In this document: piece after piece, positions 32,614 through 42,804 of the stretch
How positions within the stretch are numbered: position 1 is the stretch's first letter
Layout: each line of letters begins with the position of its first letter
IMG/VR virus record: IMGVR_UViG_3300020477_000990
Coordinates: 264,150-328,149 of that record
Length of the DNA stretch: 64,000 bases
Strand: one strand, 5' to 3'
Program-made: the position numbers and the translations under genes
Notes under the pieces: model-generated
What the model was told of the DNA's origin: nothing
The model's database searches: none
What the model saw: only the letters and a program-made list of their open reading frames with translations

Positions 32614-35208
32614 ATGTTTGATTATTTAATTGAAAAAATTAATAATAGTAAGAAATCTAAAGAACTAGATAGTGTAGTTGACGCATTTACATTTGATAAT
32701 TTTTTTACAAATCAACATTATAGTAAGTTATCAAAAGATGCTGATAGTTTTAAAGAATTTGTTCAGGAAGATTCTCCTATTGAAGGTAAAGACCCATCAG
32801 TAATATCACTAAATGATTTAACTAACTTAAACAAAGATGATACTTGGTTTTACGATCAATTAATTAAAACAGTTAAAAGTCAAAGTTTTAAACGTGCAAT
32901 TTTAACAAAAGCTGGATTTGATAATAGTGAAGCTGTAAAGTTATCACAATTAATTGAGTCTACAGCAACTTTTCATACTGATTATACACACCAATCTGAT
33001 AATAGGCATACTGATCAAAAAAATAATTTTATTAGTATAACATTACAAATATATTTGCCAGATAATAATAGTAATAAAAATTATGGAACAGAATTTTATA
33101 ATAGAAATAATGAAAAAATTTATCAGACTGACTTTTCCCCAAATACTGGATATCTTTTGGTATCAAATAATAATTCGTGGCATAAATCAATAAATGGAGT
33201 TTATAGGAAATCAATATTATTTAGATACTATGTTCCTTTTGATTTATATTTTTCTAGAGAGCATAGTTATCTAGAAAATGAAATGCCGTTGCCAGCTATT
33301 TTTAATAGAAATAAACAAAACAATACTTGTTGTATAGTTTGGAATAAAGATATGGGAGTGCCTACTAAAATTACTGATTGGTTTGCAAATATGACGTTTC
33401 GTAATTGTATAGATCTTAGGCTTCAAAATTTAATAGTATTAAATAATCCGTTTAAATATGATATAGAGGCGTTGTCTATATTAAAAGAAATACATAATTT
33501 TAAGAAAGCATTTATATTTTTTGGTGGCTTTGTATGGAAAAATAAAGACATATATGAATATGCTGTAAATTTAGATATGAAAGATAATGTTATAGCAGGA
33601 TTATTAGATGAAGATCAATTTTTGAGGCAATGTGTTATTATTAATTTAGATAAGTTAGATGAAATAAATGAAGATGATGCACATGGTGATGGTGGATTTT
33701 TTGAAAGGTTTATTGGAAAGCATATTAGTTTAGAAGATATGTGGTTGCCGAGAACATACTATCACCCAGAAGTTGAAGAAAATCAGATAGTTATAAAATG
33801 CTTGTATAATTCAAATGAAATTTCTAATTTTCCTAAATTAGAATATATTAAAAAATATCAAACTAAAACAACAATACAAGAATATAAAAATGCATTGCAA
33901 AAGATAAGTTATGAGGGATACCCCGACGATTTTTCTTATATTGATAATCAAATAGATAATGCTAAACCAATAAATGAGTTACAAGGAACAACTAAAGCAT
34001 TCACATTAGATAATTTTTTTAATGATATTGATTATAAGAAAATATCACAAGATGTTATTGATTATATACATTATACTAAAGAAGATGCTCCTATTGAAGG
34101 TGAAGAACCGTCAATTATTACTTTTGACAGGTTAGAAAAACAAGATTCATTTTATAAAAATCTTTGGGCATATTTTAATACACGAAAAATGAAAAGAAAA
34201 ATTTTAGAAAAATTTGGTTATGGATCTGATATAGAAGAGCTTTTACAATGTATGCACCATTCAATATGTTTTCATACAGAATATCCACATCAAATTGATA
34301 ATGTGCATTCTGATCAGAAATTTACATTATCAACTTTTACATTACAAGTATATTTGCCACAAGATGATAGTATTAAAGAATATGGAACACAATTTGTAAA
34401 CAATAATGATGATATTATTTTTCATAAACAATTTGTGCCAAATCAAGGGTACATGATGGAGTCGAATAATAATTCTTGGCATAAACCAAAAATGGGGGCT
34501 GAACGAAAGTCTTTAATAGTTAGGTATCTTATTGAAATTGATTATGAAAAGGTAAAAAGAGTCTTTAATTATAATAAAGATAATGATACTTGTTATATTA
34601 TATGGAATAAATCATATAATAAAGTTCATACTAAAATTACTGATTGGTTTACAATAGCATCATTGCAGAATGCACAAGAACAAAATATTGAAAATATAGT
34701 AGCTACATCAAACATTACTAACACATTGAAGTATTTGCAAAAGCAAGGGTATAAAAATGTTGTAGTATGTTATGGTGGGCATATTTTTAGTGATAATAAG
34801 ATACAACAATATGCTATTTCAATAGAAAATGTTATTGTACAAGATTTAGGAAAAATTATTGGTAGTAACGTAAGTTATTATGAACCAAAAGCAAGTGCTT
34901 CTGCAGAATTGCTTGGGTATATACAACGTAATAAAAGTGTAGAGTATGTGCAGAGTGAATACCCTGAATTAGCTAAACAGCTACAATACATTAAATCTTA
35001 TAGAAATAATTACAGTTCTTTTAACAAAATATCAAAATCTATTATTCCTAAAACTTTTCTTTATTGCAATGATTGTCAAAAACAAACAATTCATCTTGAT
35101 ACATATCCTAGTGGATTTTATTGTAATAGTTGTAAATGTTATAAACAAGAAGATCCAGGGGCATATCTTAGTCCAACTGATTATGTAGAGTCTGATTTTA
35201 AAGATTAA
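32614..35208 (+). CDS. internally duplicated 2OG-Fe(II) oxygenase-like protein with C-terminal Zn ribbon
   Basis: Two copies of HxDQK..TLQxYLP..YGT.F..NNNSWH..RKS, each followed by a WNK..TKITDWF domain; CNDC/CNSC at the end. Confidence 0.6.
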   Translation: MFDYLIEKINNSKKSKELDSVVDAFTFDNFFTNQHYSKLSKDADSFKEFVQEDSPIEGKDPSVISLNDLTNLNKDDTWFYDQLIKTVKSQSFKRAILTKAGFDNSEAVKLSQLIESTATFHTDYTHQSDNRHTDQKNNFISITLQIYLPDNNSNKNYGTEFYNRNNEKIYQTDFSPNTGYLLVSNNNSWHKSINGVYRKSILFRYYVPFDLYFSREHSYLENEMPLPAIFNRNKQNNTCCIVWNKDMGVPTKITDWFANMTFRNCIDLRLQNLIVLNNPFKYDIEALSILKEIHNFKKAFIFFGGFVWKNKDIYEYAVNLDMKDNVIAGLLDEDQFLRQCVIINLDKLDEINEDDAHGDGGFFERFIGKHISLEDMWLPRTYYHPEVEENQIVIKCLYNSNEISNFPKLEYIKKYQTKTTIQEYKNALQKISYEGYPDDFSYIDNQIDNAKPINELQGTTKAFTLDNFFNDIDYKKISQDVIDYIHYTKEDAPIEGEEPSIITFDRLEKQDSFYKNLWAYFNTRKMKRKILEKFGYGSDIEELLQCMHHSICFHTEYPHQIDNVHSDQKFTLSTFTLQVYLPQDDSIKEYGTQFVNNNDDIIFHKQFVPNQGYMMESNNNSWHKPKMGAERKSLIVRYLIEIDYEKVKRVFNYNKDNDTCYIIWNKSYNKVHTKITDWFTIASLQNAQEQNIENIVATSNITNTLKYLQKQGYKNVVVCYGGHIFSDNKIQQYAISIENVIVQDLGKIIGSNVSYYEPKASASAELLGYIQRNKSVEYVQSEYPELAKQLQYIKSYRNNYSSFNKISKSIIPKTFLYCNDCQKQTIHLDTYPSGFYCNSCKCYKQEDPGAYLSPTDYVESDFKD

Positions 35209-35295
35209 TCTAGTTTTACTACTATAAAATACATACTTAATTTTTTACAAAAAAATTGTAAATAATAGTAGCAGAGAATAAGGTAGAACTAGTTC

Positions 35296-36246
35296 ATGAA
35301 ATTTCTAAAAATTATTATATTAATGGTACTCTTAGGTGTGGCTCCAATAGCACTTGCAGACACAACTAATTCAGGTTCTACTACAAACTCTCAAACAAAT
35401 GCATCAGGGTCCAACACTACAATTTCAGGCGGATATTCTGCTGAAACTACCAATACATATCAGTCTGGATCGTCAAATAACACTACTACCAACAATGATA
35501 CCACTAATACAACTAATAATAAAAATACAATTCCGGTTCCATCAGCTGGTGCACCGTCAATGAGTGCATATTCACAAGATGTTTGTGCTGTTGGAAAATC
35601 AGGTGGTATCCAACTACCGGGTGTTGGAGTCTCTGGTGGTGCTACATCACGTGATATGAATTGTGAACGTATGAAACTTTCTAAATTATTAAATGATTAT
35701 GGTATGAAGGTTGCCGCGGTAGCAATACTATGTCAAGATCCAAGAGTATTTGAAGCAATGGAACAAGCTGGTACTCCATGTCCATTTGAAGGTAAAATTG
35801 GTAAAGAAGCAATGGATCAATGGAACAAATATGATATTGAAAGACCAGATTATAAAAAATATGTAGATAAAATGGATGATCGTTTAGAAATTGATGAACG
35901 TATTATGAAAGAAGAAGGTATTTTAGAAGAAAACGAATCATTAAAAACTGATATCAAACAAATTGCAAAAGATAATAAGAAGTTGCAAAAAGAAATTTTA
36001 AAGTTACAAAAAATGCAGGTTGAGTTACTTAAAGCGGCAGAAGAAGAAGCTAAAGCGGCAGAAGAAGCTCTAAAAGAACAAATGGTTAAAGAAAGAGATC
36101 CAGTAGAAGTACATACTGGTGATAATGTAACTGACCCAGCAGAACTTCCTAATATAGAAGTAGTAGATGAAGAAGAAATAATTATTATTCCTTTACCAAA
36201 ACCAGAACAAACAAATAGCGAAGAATTTAACGCCGCTGGGAAATAA
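35296..36246 (+). CDS. secreted Cys-containing phage protein with coiled coil
   Basis: Signal peptide (ALA-D), T/N/S-rich linker, QDVC...NCER...LCQD...TPCP. Confidence 0.65.
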   Translation: MKFLKIIILMVLLGVAPIALADTTNSGSTTNSQTNASGSNTTISGGYSAETTNTYQSGSSNNTTTNNDTTNTTNNKNTIPVPSAGAPSMSAYSQDVCAVGKSGGIQLPGVGVSGGATSRDMNCERMKLSKLLNDYGMKVAAVAILCQDPRVFEAMEQAGTPCPFEGKIGKEAMDQWNKYDIERPDYKKYVDKMDDRLEIDERIMKEEGILEENESLKTDIKQIAKDNKKLQKEILKLQKMQVELLKAAEEEAKAAEEALKEQMVKERDPVEVHTGDNVTDPAELPNIEVVDEEEIIIIPLPKPEQTNSEEFNAAGK

Positions 36247-36249
36247 TAT

Positions 36250-38076
36250 ATGAGAGTGTTTATTTCAACACTCCTGCTAACATTGGCATTGGTGTTATTT
36301 TCTACAAACGTAGGTGGCGAAACTGCTACATCAGGAAACTTGCTACCAAACAGCACAGGTTGTAATCAAGTTTATGATGATAATAGTGCAGGTGTGCCAG
36401 GAGTAGGTTGTTCAGGTACCGCCAATAGTGGTTTAGAATCAGGTGACACAACCGGTCAAGGTTTTGATGTAAGATCAGGTACAGGTCATGATTGGGGTAC
36501 AGCAGGAACTCAAGACATAGAAGCAGATGGTAATATCACAATAGGTGATTCAGGATCTCTAGAAAATATCACAGTAACAAAACAAAACGGTGGAACTACT
36601 ACAACAGATACAGATATGCTAGATGGTGGTGTTACACTAAAGTCAACCACAGAAACGCAAAACTGTGAATGGACAGGATCAAGTTATCAATGTGGACAAG
36701 CACGTTCAGGCAGAGACACATTCACAGTCAGAGTACAGATCAAAGATGCTAGTGGTAACGTGTTGGCCACAGTAGAACAACAAAGGAACACAGATGCTGG
36801 TTATTATGGTAATACAGCCGTACACGAAGACACAGTAATTTATACAGGAGAAGGCTCAAGAAGTTTTGACTGGCAATGGACAGGTACAGACGGTAACAGT
36901 CCGAATGCTACTAGTAATCTTAGAGGACCAAACTTGATAGGTGCGGCATTAGAAATGACACTAGCAGATATAGATTATTCTCCACAACCACCCATATCAG
37001 AAGAAACACAAGAAGAAATTGAAGAAGCAGAAGAAACTGTAGAAGAAGTAGAGCAAATAATTGAAACGTTACCAATTGAGGAAGTAATAAATGAAGTAGA
37101 AGAAGTTAATGTGGAAGAACCAACAGTAGAAATTACAGAACCTACAATTGAAGAACCAACAGTAGAAATTACAGAAGAAGTATTTCAAGAATCGTTTGAA
37201 GAAAACTTTACGGCAGTACTTGAAGAAGAAGGTTTAACAGAAGAATTTGAACAAGCATTAGAAGAAGAAGGTATTACTGAAGAACAGTTTTTTGAATCTG
37301 TAACAGAAATGATAACAGAAGAATTTGCAACACCTACAGAAGAAGAGCCAACAGTAGAAGAGCCAACAGTAGAAGAAGAGCCAACAGTAGAAGAAGAAAC
37401 AGTAAATACTACTGAAGAAACAGTAGAAACAGAAACTACTACAGAAACAGAAACTACTACAGAAACAGAAACTACTGAAAATGAAACTAATACTGAGACA
37501 TCAACAGAATCAGAGCAAACTGAAACGGAAACAGAAAGCACAGAGAGTGAGACCGAGTCTAGCGAAACTGAAGAAACTGAAAATACTGAACAAGAAGAGT
37601 CCACTAGTAATGAAGAAGAGTCGGTGGACGAAAGTAATGAAGAAGCATCCACTGATGAACAAGATGGTGCAGATGCAAGTGTTGATGGAACTGACGTAGA
37701 TTCTGGTGTTAGTGAATTAAGCAAAAAAGTTGCAAACATAATTAAAAAATTAGAATCAAAATTAAAAACTCTTGATCAAAAATTAAAAGTTATATCAATG
37801 GTAACAGCACAGGCAATGGTTGAAGATCAGCCAGATATGTCTGAGTATACTGAACAACAATTTTATGATACAAGAAAATTAGCTGATAATCCTGATTGGT
37901 ATGCAGAAGATACAATTTTAGCGGCATATGGTAGATCAATATATCAAGATAAAACATTATCAGCTTATCAAATTAATGATCCGGTGTTTCAACACCAGGA
38001 AGAGGTAAATAGAGTAAATGAGAATATTAGTAGGCTGGAAGCCGAACTAGAGGTATTAAGAAATGAACGTAATTAA
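36250..38076 (+). CDS. secreted protein with beta-rich N-domain and long acidic E/T repeat stalk
   Basis: Signal peptide; EEPTVE and TETETT repeats; C-terminal coiled coil. Confidence 0.7.
   Translation: MRVFISTLLLTLALVLFSTNVGGETATSGNLLPNSTGCNQVYDDNSAGVPGVGCSGTANSGLESGDTTGQGFDVRSGTGHDWGTAGTQDIEADGNITIGDSGSLENITVTKQNGGTTTTDTDMLDGGVTLKSTTETQNCEWTGSSYQCGQARSGRDTFTVRVQIKDASGNVLATVEQQRNTDAGYYGNTAVHEDTVIYTGEGSRSFDWQWTGTDGNSPNATSNLRGPNLIGAALEMTLADIDYSPQPPISEETQEEIEEAEETVEEVEQIIETLPIEEVINEVEEVNVEEPTVEITEPTIEEPTVEITEEVFQESFEENFTAVLEEEGLTEEFEQALEEEGITEEQFFESVTEMITEEFATPTEEEPTVEEPTVEEEPTVEEETVNTTEETVETETTTETETTTETETTENETNTETSTESEQTETETESTESETESSETEETENTEQEESTSNEEESVDESNEEASTDEQDGADASVDGTDVDSGVSELSKKVANIIKKLESKLKTLDQKLKVISMVTAQAMVEDQPDMSEYTEQQFYDTRKLADNPDWYAEDTILAAYGRSIYQDKTLSAYQINDPVFQHQEEVNRVNENISRLEAELEVLRNERN
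37113..37475 (+). repeat. coding tandem/direct repeats (EEPTVEITE x2, EEPTVE x3, TETETT x3)
   Basis: GAAGAACCAACAGTAGAAATTACAGAA twice; GAAGAGCCAACAGTA three times; ACAGAAACAGAAACTACT repeats. Confidence 0.8.
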
Positions 38077-38443
38077 TAAACTTACACAATGGGGATCTTT
38101 AATCGGTGTTATTTGTGCTATCGGTGGTGGATTTTATGCTTGGGGTGAATTTAATACAAGATTAGCAAATATTGAAAGTAGACCAGTTGCTGACATGACA
38201 TCTATAACTGAAGATGTAGCAAATTTAAAAGTAGATATGGTTGATAGAATTACTGCTATTGAAGATAAACTTGAAGCACAATCAGATACAGAATTAGGTA
38301 CAATCCAAGCCGACATTAGTGAAATAAAAGACTCACTAGTTAAAGCATTAAAAGATATCGAGATTCAAAGTAAAGTAAATGAATTGCAAGATCAAAAAAT
38401 TGAACAAGTAAGATTAAAAGCAACAAATCCATTAGCAAATTAA
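38063..38443 (+). CDS. single-TM coiled-coil protein
   Basis: IGGGFYAWGEF TM segment, coiled coil, NPLAN end. Confidence 0.65.
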   Translation: MNVINKLTQWGSLIGVICAIGGGFYAWGEFNTRLANIESRPVADMTSITEDVANLKVDMVDRITAIEDKLEAQSDTELGTIQADISEIKDSLVKALKDIEIQSKVNELQDQKIEQVRLKATNPLAN

Positions 38444-39435
38444 ATTTCAGCGAATGTATGTTGTTTTTTTCCAAAGTGAGAACAACTCTTTTGACATCTT
38501 GACAAGAACATAGGATGGTTTTCATTCCAACTATCTTTTAGTATTTGTGAGAACCATTCATGATCTAATATATCTTGAATATCATGTTCAAGTGAATTAT
38601 TCCAATTAGAACTATATTTAGAAAATTTTTCAGACATATCATCACGTTTGTACCAATTATTATCATACAAATAACAACAAGGCCAAATTTGATAATTAGC
38701 ACCAAAGTAAATTTCACCTTCATGTATTAGTTTACATTTTATATTTAAATTTTTAGTTTCGTTTTTAATTTCAGGATGTTGATATTTTTTATTTGTTAAA
38801 GATACTTTGTTTATAACTTCTTTAGTTTTTTTATTAACTACAGTATGCGTACTTTCTTGTTTCATAGAATAACGTAGTGAAAATTTAAATCCAAGTTTAG
38901 TAGATAGTTGTTGTGCTTTTTCTATATCATCGATATTATGATCAAATGGATTATAAACCCATTGTCCTTTGCCACCAGCATCAGAATATGCAGTCATATT
39001 TTCTACAAGTTTATTCCAATTAACACCAACTCTATAAATGTGATTTGTATTTTCAAAGCCATCTACACAAAAACGCATATCTAATTTTGGATTGTCTTTG
39101 CTAATTGCTCCTAGTTCTGCCCAATATTCTTTTGAACGCAATCCACCGTTAGTAGAAACAATTATAACCTTTGGATTCATAGATAATGTGTATTCACATA
39201 TTTCTATAAATTCTTGATTTACTAATGGATCGCCTAAAACACCACAATAAAAAATTTCTTTGTTTTCTATATATTCTTTTGAGTGTAATACTTTTTTATA
39301 GTTTTCTAGAGTAATATCAGCTAATTCTACATCTGGGTTAGTTTCCCCTTTTAATGTTCTAGCACACCCAGGACATCTAGCATTACATCTAGTGGTTAAT
39401 TCTACTTCTATTTTCTTAAGATTTTGTACGAGCAT
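38440..39435 (-). CDS. radical SAM protein with C-terminal SPASM/twitch-like domain
   Basis: CNARCPGC, CGVLGDP, IWPCC, CQKSC; the only clearly real minus-strand gene; TATAAATA 5 nt upstream of its ATG. Confidence 0.88.
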   Translation of the reverse strand: MLVQNLKKIEVELTTRCNARCPGCARTLKGETNPDVELADITLENYKKVLHSKEYIENKEIFYCGVLGDPLVNQEFIEICEYTLSMNPKVIIVSTNGGLRSKEYWAELGAISKDNPKLDMRFCVDGFENTNHIYRVGVNWNKLVENMTAYSDAGGKGQWVYNPFDHNIDDIEKAQQLSTKLGFKFSLRYSMKQESTHTVVNKKTKEVINKVSLTNKKYQHPEIKNETKNLNIKCKLIHEGEIYFGANYQIWPCCYLYDNNWYKRDDMSEKFSKYSSNWNNSLEHDIQDILDHEWFSQILKDSWNENHPMFLSRCQKSCSHFGKKQHTFAEI

Positions 39436-39506
39436 AGTAATATTTATAGTGCTTATTTTACTAGGAAATACTATATATAGTGGCCTATTTTTTTGGCATT
39501 TTTTGG

Positions 39507-39534
39507 TTGACAGATCTCTAATATATGCTATATT
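39507..39534 (+). promoter_or_regulatory. sigma70-type promoter
   Basis: TTGACA-N16-TATATT with extended -10 TG. Confidence 0.6.
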
Positions 39535-39561
39535 AAATTATAAACTATTTTAAAGGAGAAG

Positions 39562-39759
39562 ATGCAAATGTCATCAAAAGTAATATTTAAAAATGTAAGC
39601 CTATCAAAAAAACCAGAAGAGGCTTTATACAAAGTAGTAAAAACGGCTAATGTAACAGATACAACTATTAATGGCCAACTTTACAATACACAAGAATTAA
39701 ACGGCTTTTTAAAGTCATTATCAACTAGACATATTAACTGGGAGATTATAAGTGAGTAA
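39562..39759 (+). CDS. hypothetical protein
   Basis: SD AAGGAG; follows the promoter. Confidence 0.6.
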   Translation: MQMSSKVIFKNVSLSKKPEEALYKVVKTANVTDTTINGQLYNTQELNGFLKSLSTRHINWEIISE

Positions 39760-40438
39760 TCAAATGAAAAAAATTGTTCCTACTTACGATACTAAAATTG
39801 CTCTAGCAGTTGCTAATAATGTTTATGTTAAGCACGGTTACGTTAGAACTACTGAAGCAACATTTGGTGAACGTCAATCTAATAAGCAAAGAGTTACTGA
39901 AGCTCTTGCTAAAGAGAATCCAAAATATACTAAAAAAGATATGGCAATGGCTGAAGAAATTATTGATCATTATCAAGGATTGTTATTATTTAAATTAGGT
40001 GATAAGCAAAGCGATTTTCAAGAATCTGTATTATCTTGTATTGCACAAGATACAGTTCAATATAAAATGTTAGGTGTGTTGGCTTCTTTACCACACACTT
40101 ATAAATGTACTATTGAAAGAGAAAAAAGGCAAGAACACGAAAAGAAAATGGCAAAAGAAAGTTCATTTGTAGGCGAAGCAAAGAAAAGAAATATATTTGA
40201 TATTGTAGTTGAAATGGTTAAACCATTACCACATAAAGGTTTGAACATTATTACATTTTTAGATTCTAACAAAAACATTATTAAGTATTTTACACCTAAT
40301 GATCCTGCTGTAGATGGAATTGTAATAGGTGCTAATTTACAAATTAGTGGATATGTTAAAGATCATCAAATTAACAAATATAATAATGGTAAAGAAACTA
40401 TTGTTAATAGAATTAAAGTATTAAGGATTGAAAAATAA
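39752..40438 (+). CDS. hypothetical phage protein, possible C-terminal OB fold
   Basis: SSFVG...GYVKDH...ETIVNRIK pattern. Confidence 0.55.
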   Translation: MSNQMKKIVPTYDTKIALAVANNVYVKHGYVRTTEATFGERQSNKQRVTEALAKENPKYTKKDMAMAEEIIDHYQGLLLFKLGDKQSDFQESVLSCIAQDTVQYKMLGVLASLPHTYKCTIEREKRQEHEKKMAKESSFVGEAKKRNIFDIVVEMVKPLPHKGLNIITFLDSNKNIIKYFTPNDPAVDGIVIGANLQISGYVKDHQINKYNNGKETIVNRIKVLRIEK

Positions 40439-40725
40439 TGTCAGGATGGATATTAGCTATATGGATTACCTTTGTTCCTTTGGAAGCAGGTAAAGAACCA
40501 CAAGAATTACAATTAAGTATTCCACATGATTCATACAAATCATGTCAAGAAGAAGTTAGTAAGATAGATAAATTTATGTTTACTATGCCAGGATTAACTT
40601 TAAAAGTTGATGCAGAATGCCAACCAAATGAAAATTATTGCACAGATGATGGTTGCCCAGATTTTTATAAAGAAGATATAATAGAGGAAAATAATGTACA
40701 AAGTCATACAAGAACTAGAATCTAA
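40438..40725 (+). CDS. hypothetical exported protein
   Basis: Hydrophobic N-terminus; Cys pairs. Confidence 0.5.
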   Translation: MSGWILAIWITFVPLEAGKEPQELQLSIPHDSYKSCQEEVSKIDKFMFTMPGLTLKVDAECQPNENYCTDDGCPDFYKEDIIEENNVQSHTRTRI

Positions 40726-42004
40726 TAATTCTAGATTATTTAAAGAAGATGTTATTAAGAGAGAAGCAGAATCTAATAACATTGAATTTTTTAGTGGTGC
40801 CAAATTAGCATTAGATCCGTTGGCTACATTTGGAGTTAAACAAGTTCCAACAACAGATACAAATGGAGCAGGATTATCATTTGACGAGTTTACTGAAGTT
40901 GTAGATAAATTAATGGCACGTGAATTAACAGGACACGCCGCAAGAGATGCCATACAAGATTTAGCCAACCAAGCAACAAAAGAGCAATGGAATGATTGGT
41001 ATAGAAGAATACTAATTAAAGATTTAAGATGTGGTGTTAGTGAAAAGACTGTAAACAATGTTGTTAAGAAAGCAAATAAAGATTATACTATACCGGTTTT
41101 TAAATGTATGTTAGCACACGATTCAGCTAATCATGAAAAGAAATTAGTAGGTGAAAAACTTTTAGATTATAAATTAGATGGTGTTAGAGTATTGGCTATC
41201 TATGATGCTAAAGCAGATTCAGTTACAATGTATTCAAGAAATGGTAAGCAGTTTATTAACTTTGGGCATATAGAAGAAGAAATACTTAATACAATTGCAA
41301 GTAAGTTTTCAGAGTCTATGGTATTAGATGGTGAAATGGTTAGTAGTTCGTTTCAAGCATTAATGAAACAAGTGCATAGAAAAGATAATGTTCAAGCCAA
41401 AGATGCTCAATATGCCTTATTTGATGTATTAACATTAAAAGAGTTTATGTCGGGTGGAACTAAAAAAGGTTGTTGGGACAGGCATTTACAATTACAAGAT
41501 TTACTTAAAGATGCTAAAGAAGATAGCAATATGTTTGTAGTAGATAAAGTAGAATGTAATTTTGATACAAAAGAAGGTCAAAAAATATTTAAAGATTATA
41601 ATGCAATGGCAATTGAAAAAGGTTTTGAAGGTATAATGATTAAAGATAGAGATGCTCCATATGAGTGTAAAAGAAGTCATTATATGTTAAAAGCAAAACC
41701 ATTTATTGAAGTAAGTTTAGAAGTTAAATCAACAGAAGAAGGTACAGGTAGAAACAAAGGTAAACTTGGTGCATTAATTTGTGAAGGCACAGATGATGGA
41801 AAGTTTATTAGAGTTAATGTTGGTAGCGGATTAAGTGATGCTAATAGAGATGAATTTTGGGCTAGTAAGGATAAACTTATTGGACAAATTGTAGAAGTAA
41901 GGGCAGATGCTATAACTAAAAACCAAGAAGCTGATAATGAATGGAGTTTAAGATTTCCTAGATTCCTAAGATTTAGAGGCTTTGAAATAGGAGAAAAAAT
42001 ATAA
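40694..42004 (+). CDS. lig: ATP-dependent DNA ligase
   Basis: KLDGVR, LDGE, EGIMIK, KRS, LRFPRF. Confidence 0.95.
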   Translation: MYKVIQELESNNSRLFKEDVIKREAESNNIEFFSGAKLALDPLATFGVKQVPTTDTNGAGLSFDEFTEVVDKLMARELTGHAARDAIQDLANQATKEQWNDWYRRILIKDLRCGVSEKTVNNVVKKANKDYTIPVFKCMLAHDSANHEKKLVGEKLLDYKLDGVRVLAIYDAKADSVTMYSRNGKQFINFGHIEEEILNTIASKFSESMVLDGEMVSSSFQALMKQVHRKDNVQAKDAQYALFDVLTLKEFMSGGTKKGCWDRHLQLQDLLKDAKEDSNMFVVDKVECNFDTKEGQKIFKDYNAMAIEKGFEGIMIKDRDAPYECKRSHYMLKAKPFIEVSLEVKSTEEGTGRNKGKLGALICEGTDDGKFIRVNVGSGLSDANRDEFWASKDKLIGQIVEVRADAITKNQEADNEWSLRFPRFLRFRGFEIGEKI

Positions 42005-42249
42005 TGGACATTTGGGTTAATCCTGTACAGGAAAATAAAATAAGAAAGTTAGGATTTACTATTCCTGAAAGACCAGGAAGAGGTAAAGTTTTTTATGAAA
42101 ATGAAGAAGTAGGTTTTATTGATGACTTTATTGGAATAAGAATAGAAGATAATAAAACAGACGCAATTATAAAGTTATTGGACAATGAAGAAGCATTGAA
42201 ATTATGTATATGGAATCCACCGTCAATAGAAAGAACTAACCATGGATAA
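42004..42249 (+). CDS. hypothetical protein
   Basis: Coupled ORF. Confidence 0.5.
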   Translation: MDIWVNPVQENKIRKLGFTIPERPGRGKVFYENEEVGFIDDFIGIRIEDNKTDAIIKLLDNEEALKLCIWNPPSIERTNHG

Positions 42250-42505
42250 TATTATAAACATAAAAGAATTAAGAACTAAAAAGAATAAACAAGCAAGTAA
42301 TAGTGCTGAAGAAATATGTCAGCATGGATTTAAAGGATTGCTATCTCATATGTATGCAAGTGGCTTTCCTATCATGGAGCCAGAATTCCAAAAAGATTTA
42401 TCAATAGCATTTAAATTTATTCATGCCGCAGTTTCTAGGCAATATGGTTTAGAAAGTCCTTTTATAGAAGCAATAGACGAGTTTAAGAAGAACCAAAAGT
42501 TCTAA
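42242..42505 (+). CDS. hypothetical protein
   Basis: Coupled ORF. Confidence 0.5.
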   Translation: MDNIINIKELRTKKNKQASNSAEEICQHGFKGLLSHMYASGFPIMEPEFQKDLSIAFKFIHAAVSRQYGLESPFIEAIDEFKKNQKF

Positions 42506-42759
42506 TGATAACTAAAGAGCAGTATAAAAACTTAAAGGCCTATTACGATTATCAAAGATTAAAAGAATATAATAAAGAAAAGTTAAGAGAAAAGATATTT
42601 CATTTAGTAAAGCAATTTGACGATGAAGATGGAGATGATTTCAATATTGATACAATATTTGAAAGAATGTGGGCAGATATGAAAGAAGAAGATTATGATA
42701 GGCCTATTCCATGGAGTTGGGTTCCTAAAGATCCTAAATGGAGATTGTGGAATGAATAA
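42505..42759 (+). CDS. hypothetical protein
   Basis: Coupled ORF. Confidence 0.5.
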   Translation: MITKEQYKNLKAYYDYQRLKEYNKEKLREKIFHLVKQFDDEDGDDFNIDTIFERMWADMKEEDYDRPIPWSWVPKDPKWRLWNE

Positions 42760-42804
42760 TAAAAAAGTATTGATTTTTTAATTAAACTATTGTATTATAA
42801 ACAT

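Noticed and set aside
37113-37475. Possible CRISPR array
   Set aside because: The repeats are in-frame coding repeats without unique spacers; no cas genes are present.
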